This document shows, one piece after another, positions 27,346 through 37,367 of a stretch of DNA of 64,000 bases (the stretch's first letter is position 1; each line of letters begins with the position of its first letter). The DNA comes from an uncultured Pseudomonadota bacterium (GTDB lineage Bacteria; Pseudomonadota; Alphaproteobacteria; Acetobacterales; Acetobacteraceae): positions 4,187,651 to 4,251,650 of the forward strand of contig OY970156.1 in assembly GCA_963706195.1 (NCBI GenBank), in the 5' to 3' direction. The position numbers and the translations under genes are program-made. The notes under the pieces are model-generated. The model had not been told where the DNA came from and searched no databases. It was given only the letters and a program-made list of their open reading frames with translations.

Positions 27346-28702
27346 TTGGAGGCCGCCTCACAGGGCTACTCTCATACAACCGTCGCCCTGCGGAACCTAT
27401 TCACGCGCCGTGTCGCCCCAATCGACAAGGTGACGCGACCGCTCGATACGCTCAACGTCATCGCGAAAGTCACCTTCGGCGGCGAGTTGTTCCTTCGCGG
27501 CGACAAGGAAAAGCACGGATACAGGGGGCCGTTATTCGAGGCACTGCCGGGCGATCTAATTATCTCAAAGATCAGGGTCGGACAAGGCTCGTTTTGCGTG
27601 ATCGACCATACAGTCGATCATGTGGCTGTCAGCCCGGAATATCCAATATACATTCCGGATCCATCGCAAGTGTTGCCACGCTTCCTCGCAATGGTGCTGC
27701 GCACGCCGGAATTCATGCGGCGCCTCACTGGCTCGGCTTCAGGGAACACGACGAAACAACGCATCCGGACCGCGTTCTTCGAGAGTTTGAAGATTCCCCT
27801 GCCACACATCTCCGAACAGCAAGCGATTGTCGCCGCCTACGACGCTGCATTGGCGAACGCTGCCGAGAAGGAGAAGGTGGCGGACGCGGCGGAAGCAAAA
27901 GCGATGGCTGACTTCGAGGCTGCACTCGGTTTCGCTCCGCCAGTGCCATTGCCCGACCGCCCGATCTTCGTCGCTTCGTTCAAAGATCTCGATCGTTGGA
28001 GCCATGACGGCGTGCTGCGGCGTCTCCTCCCAGAAGAGCCAAGCACATCAAAATGGCCAGAAATCTGCCTCTCCGACGTTGCAGAAGTCGTTTACGGCTT
28101 GCAAAAACACCCTGGTAATCGGCCTGGATTGAATGCCCGACCCTATCTTCGCGTCGCGAATGTGCAGCGCGGGAATATAAACATCGATGAGATGAAGAAA
28201 ATCGATGTTGATGACGCCACTTTCAAACGATTGAATTTGATCAAAGACGATTTGCTATTCGTTGAAGGAAATGGAAGTCGCGCAAACCTAGGACGGGTCG
28301 CAATCTGGCACGGCGAGATCGAAGGATGCATTCATCAGAACCATTTGATCCGCGCTCGTCTGGACCTGGAGCGAGCCACGGCCGGATTTGTCGCGGCTTG
28401 GTTTAACTCTGATGCAGGCCGGGCGCACTTTTTCAAAGAGGGGAAGACGACCAGCGGCCTTGGGACCATCAACTCGACGGTTGTTCGTGACGCGCCACTT
28501 CCGCTCCCGCCCATCGACGTACAGAACGCGCTTATGAACGCACTCGAACTCCGGGCGTGCCGAAGCCGTCGGTCTTCGGGCCGAAGCTGCCGGCGCACGA
28601 GCCGGTGCTTGGTGCGCGTTCGAGGCCGCCGTCTATGACGCCGAACCGACGGCCCCGACGAGTAGCGGCGAATTGGAGACCGAATTGGCGGAGGCAAGAT
28701 GA
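27346..28702 (+). CDS. hsdS: Type I restriction-modification specificity subunit HsdS (one frameshift near the 3' end)
   Basis: Two target-recognition domains are separated by a helical spacer (ISEQQAIVAAYDAALANAAEKEK...). Near 28550 the helical C-terminal region continues in another frame (...GLRAEAAGARAGAWCAFEAAVYD...) to a TGA at 28700-28702, which overlaps an ATG at 28699-28701 (ATGA), the first in-frame ATG of the DUF2283 ORF 28699-28965. Confidence 0.8.
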
Positions 28703-28749
28703 GCGCGCACAACGCCTTCTTCGACCGAGGTTACCGCGAGGCTCCCCCC

Positions 28750-28965
28750 ATGAAGCTCCACTACGACCCGGAAACCGACAGCCTCTACATCGAGCTGAAA
28801 CCCATCCCAGGCACCGAGGTGCGGGAAATCGCGAACGGCCTCAACGTCGATCTCGACGCCGCCGGCCACGTGGTCGGCTTCGACATCGACCACGCCTCCA
28901 CCCGCCTCGACCTCACCTCCCTGGAAACCGTCGCCCTGCCGGTGTCCCCCATCCGCGCCGCCTGA
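28750..28965 (+). CDS. DUF2283 domain protein
   Basis: MKLHYDPETDSLYIEL... is the characteristic DUF2283 start. The track ORF begins at 28699. Confidence 0.65.
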   Translation: MKLHYDPETDSLYIELKPIPGTEVREIANGLNVDLDAAGHVVGFDIDHASTRLDLTSLETVALPVSPIRAA

Positions 28966-29005
28966 TCCGGCTGCCGCAAGCCGCCGCGGGGTGGTATAAA
29001 TCGCC

Positions 29006-29326
29006 ATGGTCCCGCCCCGCGTCCCCCCCGCCCTGCTCGACCCCGTGGTGGCCTATTTCCACCCAAGCCGCATCATCCTGTTCGGCTCCCACGCCCGCGG
29101 TCAGGCCGGCCCGGACAGCGACATCGACCTGCTGGTCGTGGTCGATGACGACACGCCGGCGGAGAAGCTCACCCTGCAAGCCGGCTACGAAGCCCGCCGC
29201 GCCTACCACGAACCGGCCGACGTGATCCCGGTGCGGGAGGCGACGTTCCGCCGCAAATCCCGCATCCCCGGCACACTCTCCCGCGCCGCCACCCTGGAAG
29301 GCGTGGTCGTCTATGAACGACCCTGA
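29006..29326 (+). CDS. Nucleotidyltransferase (MNT antitoxin-like)
   Basis: The motif is IILFGSHARGQAGPDSDIDLLVVVDD. Confidence 0.8.
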   Translation: MVPPRVPPALLDPVVAYFHPSRIILFGSHARGQAGPDSDIDLLVVVDDDTPAEKLTLQAGYEARRAYHEPADVIPVREATFRRKSRIPGTLSRAATLEGVVVYERP

Positions 29327-29552
29327 CCCCGCGGAACTGTGGGAAGAGGTCCGCGGCTGGCTCCGCGTGGCGCAGGCGGATCAGCGCACCGCCCGCCTCG
29401 GCCTCACGGCCGATCCGTCGTTGTGCGGTGTGGCGGCGTTCCATTGCCAGCAGGCCGCCGAGAAGCTGCTGAAGGGCTTCCTGGTCCGCGGCCTGGTCGA
29501 TTTCGGCAAGACCCACGACCTGGACCGGCGGCGCCCCGTGCGAGAGGTTTGA
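29313..29552 (+). pseudogene. HEPN domain protein, C-terminally truncated
   Basis: AAFHCQQAAEKLLKGFLV...GKTHDL is the HEPN core. It overlaps the MNT gene by 14 nt. The ORF ends about 50 codons short, and the downstream DNA has no matching frame. Confidence 0.6.
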
Positions 29553-29988
29553 AACCACCTCGCCCCTACACACCGATCCGTCGTTTCCTCTGCCAGGGAA
29601 GTGAACCTGCCCTCCCCGCCGCCCCGCACCGAGCCTCAGGCCGGCGCGCAGCAAGACAATCCCGGCTGCCGTCCCCCGCGCGCCCGGTTCCTATCGACCC
29701 AAACCCGCGTTCGGAGCGCCGTCCGGGTCGCACACGATCGAGAAGAAAGGCAAGATGGACTCCGGTCGCCCCCTGTCCGAAACTACCCTCGGCAGCTTCC
29801 GGCCGACCGGTGCCGCGACCGCTCAAAGCCTTGCGGGAAAACCCTGCAGCCGAGGATCAGGCGCGCCCCATGATCCAGGACCCAGGGAGGCTCAGGTGGA
29901 TTTTCCTCGCCCGCCCGGCGCCGCGTCCTGCGCGGCCGACCGGAGCCCGCGAACCGCAGACCCGACGTGCCCGGGGCAGGAGCCCCCG

Positions 29989-31513
29989 ATGGCCCGCGGC
30001 GCCGCGCCCGATCTCCCGCTCGCGAGCGGCGCCGGGCCGGCCGACACGCACGCCGCCCCCCACGCCGAGGACACGTGCCGGGCGCAGCAGGATGCGCCCG
30101 CCCCGCACCAGGCGCCCGGGCCGACCGCGCCGGACATCTGGGCCGCCGCGATCGCGGGCAGCGGCACGGGGGTCTGGGACCGCAATGCCGTCACGGGCGA
30201 GATTCTGGTATTCGCCGAGCTGGCACGCGATCCTGGGCTATGCGGACCAGGAACTCTCCAACCGCATCGAAGTGAGCTACACGCGCGTCCATCCCGACGA
30301 TCTCGCCTACGTCCAGGCGACGATCCAGGCGCATTTCGACGGCAAGACCGAAAGCTATGAGGTGGAGCATCGGCTGCGCTGCAAGGACGGCAGCTACAAA
30401 TGGGTGCTGACCCGCGGCAAGGTCGTCTCCCGCGATACCACCGGGCGCGCGCTCCGGATGATCGGCACCACGACCGACGTCACCGCGACGCGGACCCTAT
30501 CGGAGACGCTGCAGCGCAGCGTCACCCTGATCACCGACCTCACCAACCAGATCCCCGGCCTGGTGTTCCAGTATCGCCGCAGCGCCGGCGGCCGGGCGGG
30601 CTTCTCCTACGCGAGTGTCCGCCTGTGGGATATCTACGAGGTCACGCCCGAGCAGATCGCCGACAGCGATGCGCTCATCCTGGACCGCATTCATCCCGAA
30701 GATCGTGCGCGCTACCAGATGTCCCTCACCGTCTCCGCTGCCGGCCTGACGCCCTGGCATCTCGAGTTCCGGACCGTGCTGCCGGTGCAAGGCATCCGCT
30801 GGCGGCAGGCGGCGGCCCAACCGACGCGGCTCCCCGACGGCGGCACCGTGTGGCACGGCCTGATCACCGACATCACCGAACGCAAGCAGATGGAGAACGA
30901 GCTCAAGAAACTCGCCAGGATCGACGACCTGACGCAGTTGCCGAACCGGCGTCATTTCCGGGATCGCATGGAAGCCGAACTGCGCAGGCTGAAGCTGGAC
31001 GACGATGACCGAACCGCGGTCATCATGATGGATATCGACTGCTTCAAGACGGTCAACGACACCTCCGGCCATACGGTCGGCGATGCGGTGATCCGGCATT
31101 TTGCCGAAGCGCTCAGGAAAAACCTGAGGAAAGATGATATCGTAGGCCGCCTCGGCGGCGACGAATTTGCCGTCGTCCTGCCCTCCGCGGGGCTGCGGGA
31201 GGCCGTCGCCTTCGCGAAGCGGACAAAGCTTGAACTCGACGGGACTCCTGCCGTTGTCAACGGCAACACGATGGCATTCACCGTCAGTATCGGCATCACC
31301 ACCATGGATGGGACGAACGCCAATACCGACGAGCCGCTCGCCCGCGCCGACATCGCCCTCTACCGGGCCAAGGAGCGGGGACGCAACCGCATCGAAGTCA
31401 ACGCCGACTGCGGACGGCCTGGCTGCCGTTCGCGAGGATCATCCGGAAATGCTGGGGACGCGGCGGACGTGGTTCGATACGTAGGGGACGACACCAGCGA
31501 CGCCCGGCGGTAA
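29989..31513 (+). CDS. PAS-PAS-GGDEF diguanylate cyclase (one frameshift near 30203)
   Basis: The N-terminus ...IWAAAIAGSGTGVWDRNAVTGE is in one frame. It continues as FWYSPSWHAILGYADQEL in the next frame. A second PAS follows, then RLGGDEFAVVL with an RKDD I-site. The start codon is uncertain. Confidence 0.8.
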
Positions 31514-31579
31514 CGGTGGCCCGGGCTCCGGTCGCGATCTCGCTCCTGATGGAATCCTGTGCCGCCTCGGTTGGGAAAC

Positions 31580-32513
31580 CTACGCCTGCTTCAGCTCGAT
31601 CAGGCTCCGCCGGATCTTCCGCCCGCGTTCCACCTTGTCCTCGATATACGCCGCGTCGCCCCAGCGCACCGCGCGCGCCATCGCCTGCGCGTCCTCCATG
31701 AAGCGTGCCAGCATCTCCAGCAGCGCTTCGCGGTTGTTCAGGAACACGTCGCGCCACATCACCGGGTCGGACGCGGCGATGCGGGTGAAATCGCGGAAGC
31801 CGGAGGCGGCGAACCGCAGCACTTCCTGCCGGCTTTCGTCCGCCAGATCGTCCGCCGTGCCGCAGATGGTGAAGGCGATCAGATGCGGCAGGTGCGAAAC
31901 GATCGCCAGCACCCGGTCGTGGTGCGCCGGCTCCATCCGTTCCACCATCGAGCCGCAGCGGCGCCACAGTTCGGCCACGCGCTCGATCGCGTCCTCGTCG
32001 GTGCCGGGCGGCGGCGTCGATCAGGGTCCAGCGGCCCTGGAACAGGGTGGTGAAGCCGGCGTCGGGGCCGGAATATTCCGTCCCCGCCAGCGGGTGGGCC
32101 GGCACGAAATGCACGCCCGCCGGCACCAGCGGGCCGACGTCGCGGATCACCGACTGCTTGGTCGAGCCGACATCGGTCAGGATCGCGCCCGGCGCCAGGT
32201 GCGGCGCGATCGTCGCCGCCAGCGCGGCGAAGGCGCCCACCGGCGCGCACAGCATCACGCAGTCGGCGCCGGCCACGGCGCGCGCCGGGTCTTCTTCCAC
32301 CCGGTCGGCGAAGCCCGAGTTCCGCGACCCGCGTCCAGCGTCCGCGCGGTCGGTGCGCAGGCCACCACCTCGGCCGCGAGGTCGCCGCGCTCGCGCGCGA
32401 TGCGCGCCACGGAGCTGCCGATCAGCCCGACGCCGATCAGCGCCAGCCGGCGGAACAGCGGCTCGGCGCCAGGCAACTCAGCCACGGGACGCGGCCGCCG
32501 GAGACTGACGCAT
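31580..32513 (-). pseudogene. tyrC: Prephenate/arogenate dehydrogenase, multiple frameshifts as sequenced
   Basis: Pieces lie in three frames: LALIGVGLIGSS (NAD motif), VMLCAPVGAFAALA...HFVPAHPLAGTE, and VAELWRRCGSMVERMEPAHHDRVLAIVSHLPH... Confidence 0.75.
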
Positions 32514-33618
32514 GGAAGACGGTGCATGAACGCGCTCAGCGCCTCGACCACCAGCCCCACCTCCTCGGCGGTGCCGACGGTGATGCGCAGGCAGTGCGGC
32601 AGCCCGTAGCCGCCGACCGCGCGGACGATGATCGCCGCGCGTGCGCAGGAACGCATCCGCCGCCTGCGCCCGCTCCGGCGCGCCGAAATCGGCCAGCACG
32701 AAATTGCCCTCGCTCGGCCAGACCTTGATGCCCGCCGTCGGTCCAGCCCGCGCGGCGAGCTTCGGCCGGTATTCGGCAGGTTGTGAGCGCGGCCCTTCTC
32801 CACCCAGCCCGGCTCGGCCAGCGCGGCGATCGCGGCGGCCTGCGCGGCGATCGAGACGTTGAACGGCGCCGCGCACCCGGTTCAGCACGTCGATCACCGC
32901 AGGCGGCGCGTAGGCCCAGCCGATGCGCATGCCGCCCAGGCCGAACACCTTGCAGAAGGTCCGCGTCATCACCGTGTTGTCGCTGGCATCCACCAGCCGC
33001 GCGCCCGGCGTCGTAGTCCGGCCGGGTCGACGTATTCGGCATAGGCGGCATCGAGCACCAGCAGCACGTCCGGCGGCAGGCCGGCGCGCAGCCGCGCGAC
33101 CTCCTCATACGGCAGCATGGTGCCGGTCGGGTTGTTCGGATTGGCCAGGAACACCAGCCGGGTCGACGGCCGACACCGCGGCCAGCATGCGCGTCCACGT
33201 CGGCGGTCAGGTTGCGCTCCGGCGCCTTGATCACCCGGCTGCCGGCGTAGGTCGCCGGCGATCTGGTAGATCGAGAACCCGTGCGCCGACATCACGATGT
33301 CGCGCCCCGTGCCCGCCATAGGCCAGGCAGAGCTGGTAGATCAGGTCGTCCGACCCGGCGCCGCAGACGATCCGCGCCGGGTCCAGCCCGAAGCGCGCGC
33401 CGATCGCGCGCGCGCAGCTCGACCGCGCCGCCGTCCGGGTAGCGGTACAGCTCCTCCGCCACGCGCGCGATACGCCGCCTGCGCGCCGGGCGGCACGCCG
33501 AACGCGCCCTCGTTCGACGACAGCTTGATGGTGCGGTTCACGCCCTGGCAGCGTCGACTCGCCGCCGACATAGGGGGAGATGCGCAGGATTTCCGGGCGC
33601 GGGCGCGGGGCCGGTCAT
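32514..33618 (-). pseudogene. hisC: Histidinol-phosphate aminotransferase, at least five frameshifts as sequenced
   Basis: Fragments in different frames: [77 protein letters not shown] and GLPHCLRITVGTAEE. Confidence 0.75.
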
Positions 33619-34562
33619 GCCTCGGCTCCTTCGAACGGCACGGCATAGGCGCCCAGCACCACCGGGCGGGCGCAGCGCCGCGCGAGCCGCGCCAGCCGCG
33701 GATCGTCGTCGGCCACGTAGCCGTCCACCTCCACCAGCGCCTGCGCCACCGGCGCAGCCGGGTCGCGGCGCAGGATCACCCGCCCGGCTGGCGCTGGCCG
33801 AGCCCGGCCGCCGCGGTCGCAGCGCGGCGGCGAGCCGCGCGCGGCTCATCTCCGCGGTCCAGTTCCAGCCCGAGCAGGGAGCGGTCGGCTCCGCACGGGT
33901 CGGGCGCGACCGCGGCGACCACCAGGGCCTGCACGTCGGGCGCGCCCTCCGGCGCGGCGGCGCCCAGAACGGCAGGCGGCCGACGATGTGGATGCGCGGC
34001 TCGTCCTTGTGCAGCAGCGCAGGTCCACCAGGCGTCGCGCGGCGGCTCGGTCTCGGACGGCAGCGGCAGCACGGCGACCGCGGCGCGGCCGGCGCTGACC
34101 TCGGCGATCGCCTGCGCCGGGCTGCGATGCGCGCGCAGCGGCGTCAGCGCGCCGAAATGCTCGCGCGCGGCCTGGGTGAAGCCGCGCCGGGGCCAGGCTC
34201 GCACACCGCGATGCTGAACGGCGCCCTGCATCGACGGTGGTGCCGGCCAGCAGCTCCCGCCAGATGCGCACGATCGCCTGCGCCGGCAGCGGGCCGGTGT
34301 GGCGGGCGAGCAGGCGGCGGATGATCGCGGCCTCCCGCCCCGGGCGCAGCGCACTGGCCCGCGCTTGCCGGCTGCGGCGCCGACATGCTCCACCACCTCG
34401 GCGCGCCGCATCAGCAGGTCGTGCAGGGCATCGTCGATCCGGTCGAGCTCGGCCCGCAGCGCCGCAAGATCGCCGCGCCAGCGATCCGGCGGCGGCGGCG
34501 GCTCGGCCCCGGCCGGAACGGGCACGGGGGACGTCAGGCGCAATGGGGGAGGGGCTGGACAT
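33615..34562 (-). pseudogene. Chorismate mutase (alphaproteobacterial long form), frameshifted as sequenced
   Basis: LAALRAELDRIDDALHDLLMRRAEVVEHV and RPGREAAIIRRLLARHTGPLPAQAIVRIWRELLAGT lie in different frames. The stop overlaps the hisC ATG (ATGA at 33615-33618). Confidence 0.65.
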
Positions 34563-34741
34563 GAACCTTCGGGGGCAGGTTTCGGGCCTCCCCGCGGCGC
34601 CGCACTCACGCAGGCAGCGCAGCAGGGGGCGGAACAGATAGCAGGAAGCGAAGCCGGGCTGCAAACCCGCCGGTTGCGGGGCAGCCGCACCTGCGCCTAA
34701 GTGCGGCTGACGCATGGATCAGATCGTGCCACCTCGCCGCG

Positions 34742-35885
34742 ATGTCGCGCACCAGCCACGTCGTGTTCGCCGACGGCATGGCGCTCGACTGCGGCGTCGC
34801 GCCTGCCGCGCCTGACCGTGGCCTACCGCACCTACGGCACGCTGAACGCCGGCGCGCAGCAACGCGGTGCTGGTCTGCCATGCGCTGACCGGCGACCAGT
34901 ACGTGGCGGAGCCGCACCCGATCACCGGCAAGGACGGCTGGTGGGACGCGGTGGTGGGGCCGGGCCGGCCGGTCGACACCGACCGGTTCTTCGTCATCTG
35001 CGCCAACGTGCTGGGCGGCTGCATGGGCTCGACCGGCCCGCGCAGCGCCGCGCGACGGCGACGGCCGACGACGGTCTGGGGCACCGATTTCCCGCCGGTG
35101 ACCATCCGCGACATGGTGCGCGCGCAGAAGCGGCTGATCGACCATCTGGGCATCGCCCGGCTGTTCGCGGTGCTCGGCGGCTCGATGGGCGGGATGCAGG
35201 TGCTGGAATGGGCGGCGCTGCTACCCGGACGCGGTGTTCGCCGCCCTGCCGATCGCCACGCGCGTCGTATCACTCGGCGCAGAACATCGCCTTCCACGAG
35301 GTCGGGCGGCAGGCGATCTTCGCCGATCCGGACTGGCGCGGCGGACGCTACTGGCGAGGCCGGCACGATGCCGGCGCGCGGCCTGGCGGTGGCGCGCATG
35401 TGCGCGCACATCACCTATCTGTCCGAGCAGGCGCTGACCCGCAAGTTCGGCCGCCGGCTGCAAGGCGCGCCGAAGGACCGCCGACGAGGCCATCAGCCTG
35501 TTCGGCGACATGTTCGAGGTCGAGAGCTACCTGCACCACCAGGGCAGCACCTTCGTGCAGCCGCTTCGATGCCAATTCCTACCTGACGATCACCCGCGCG
35601 ATGGATTATTTCGATCTCGGCGGCCGACCACGGCGGCGACCTGGCCGCCGCGTTCCGCGGCACGAAGACGCGGTTCCTGCTGGTCTCGCTTCAGCTCCGA
35701 CTGGCTGTTCCCGACCGCCGAGAGCCGCGCCGTCGCGCGCGCGCTGAACCGCGCCGGCGCGAACGTGAGCTTCGTCGAGATCGCCATCCGACAAGGGCCA
35801 CGACGCGTTCCTGCTGGACGAGCCGGACTTCCACCGCACGCTGGCCGGCTTCCTGGCCGGCTGCGCCGTGCACGCTGCGCTGTGA
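34742..35885 (+). pseudogene. metX: Homoserine O-acetyltransferase, at least five frameshifts as sequenced
   Basis: Fragments: [86 protein letters not shown] and [15 protein letters not shown]. Confidence 0.8.
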
Positions 35886-35895
35886 CCGGGGCGGG

Positions 35896-36210
35896 CGGCA
35901 AGCAAGCAAGGCCAGGGGGCGCTGCCCCCTGGACCCCCGCCAGGGAACAAGTCCCCTGGACCCCTTTCTATTGGGTTCCGTGCGTGCGGGGGGTGTCTCG
36001 GGTCCGGGGTGGGGCTGCGCGAGGCGGGTGGGTTTGGGCGGAAGCAGGGCGCCTTAAGCGCCCTGCTCCCGCCCAAACCCACCCGCCTCGCGCAGCCCCA
36101 CCCCGGACCCGAGACACCCCCCACACGCACGGAACCAACGGAAGGGTTCCAAGGGCTTGCCCTTGGCGAGGGTCCAGGGGGCAGCGCCCCCTGGCCTTGC
36201 TTGCTTGCCG
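35896..36210. repeat. 315-bp near-perfect palindromic element (MITE/REP-like) between metX and metW
   Basis: The outer arms 35896-35936 and 36170-36210 are perfect reverse complements (41 bp). Inner arms of about 79 bp have 2 mismatches. The centre is at CTTAAG, 36053-36058. Confidence 0.85.
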
Positions 36211-36225
36211 CCGGGTTCGATTTGC

Positions 36226-36870
36226 ATGAGTTCGCACGATCCGGTTCGGTTCGTCGCCAAGAACCTGCGGGTCGATCTGCGGCTGATCGCCGAGATGATC
36301 GCGTCCGGGCACGCGGGTGCTGGACATCGGCTGCGGCGACGGCACGTTGATCGATGAGTTGTTCACGCACCAAGGGCTGCGACGCGCGCGGGATCGAGAT
36401 CGACATGGCGTTGGTGACGCGGGCGGTGGCGCACGGGCTGCCGGTGATGCATGGCGATGCCGACTCCGATCTGTCGCACTACCCGGACGATGCGTTCGAC
36501 TATGTGGTGCTGTCGCGCACGTTGCAGGCGGTGGAGCGGCCGCGCGAGGTGCTGCGCGCAGATGCTGCGCATCGGCGCGCGCGCGGTGGTCAGTTTCCCG
36601 AATTTCGGCCATTGGCAGGTGCGCTGGCAGTTGCTGCGGCGCGGGCGGATGCCGATGACCGCGACGTGGGACCGGATGTGGTACGAGACGCCGAACATCC
36701 ATCCGTGCACGATCCGCGATTTCTTCGATCTGTGCGCGGCGGAGGGCTATGCGGTGGAGCGCTGGCTGGCGGCGGACGACGCCGGGCGGCGGGCGCCGTG
36801 GCGGCGGTTTCCCCGGCTGGCGAATCTGTTCGGGGAGCAGGCGTTGTTTCTGCTGCGGCGGGAGAGATAG
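36226..36870 (+). pseudogene. metW: Methionine biosynthesis protein MetW, about three frameshifts as sequenced
   Basis: Successive frames give LRVDLRLIAEMIASG, LDIGCGDGTLIDEL, ARGIEIDMALVTRAVAHGLPVMHGDADSDL and RIGARAVVSFPNFGHWQVRWQLL...YETPNIHPCTIRDF. Confidence 0.8.
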
Positions 36871-37367
36871 GGCTGGATTGCAGCCGCTGGTTCGCTCCGT
36901 CTTCGTCGCCGCCCTGTGGGCAGGCCGGATTCCTGTCCAGCGTGATCGTGCGCGGAGTGACGGCACGTGACCGCGTCTCCTTCACCTCACCCGCGCTGCG
37001 GGCTTGGGCCGCGAAGCGGACCAAGGTCGGTTCGCAGAGCGAACCGGGTGAGGGAACCGTGCCTCCGGCCTTCACCCGCAGCGCGCGAAAGGTGACGCGC
37101 CGGAGGTTCGCCCGATTACCCTGCCTGCGGCCTGCCATGGGGGTGGGCCTCCTTGATCGGGGCTGCGCGCGGGGCCGGGGGCGTTCAGGGCCGGGATGGC
37201 GGAGCGGGTCGACTGCCGAACCAAAAAACATCCTCCCGAGGGCGCGCGGAGAGTCGCACCAGGACGCACACAAAAAAAGAGACAAACGTCTTGAAATTGA
37301 AGCTTGACGTCCGTCGCGGTTGCAGCTTACTCAATGTTAACGGTTGTCGGGTGTAAAGGAAATTTCC

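Noticed and set aside
29339-30160. Pro/Arg-rich N-terminal 270 residues of the 724-aa ORF ahead of the PAS-GGDEF protein
   Set aside because: The composition is that of a non-coding GC-rich frame. The recognisable PAS N-terminus lies in a different frame (29989 onward). I could not find any domain in 29553-29988 in any frame.
34563-34741. SAM-II-type riboswitch in the metX leader
   Set aside because: Alphaproteobacterial met genes often have one. I could not find the conserved pseudoknot elements (U-rich strand plus AAAGCU) by eye. An Rfam scan would be needed, and the indel-ridden sequence may hide it.
37290-37345. Sigma-70-like promoter (TTGACG ... TTACTC) upstream of the PEP-CTERM gene
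   Set aside because: The -10 candidate is weak and the spacing is ambiguous. It cannot be supported without transcription start data.
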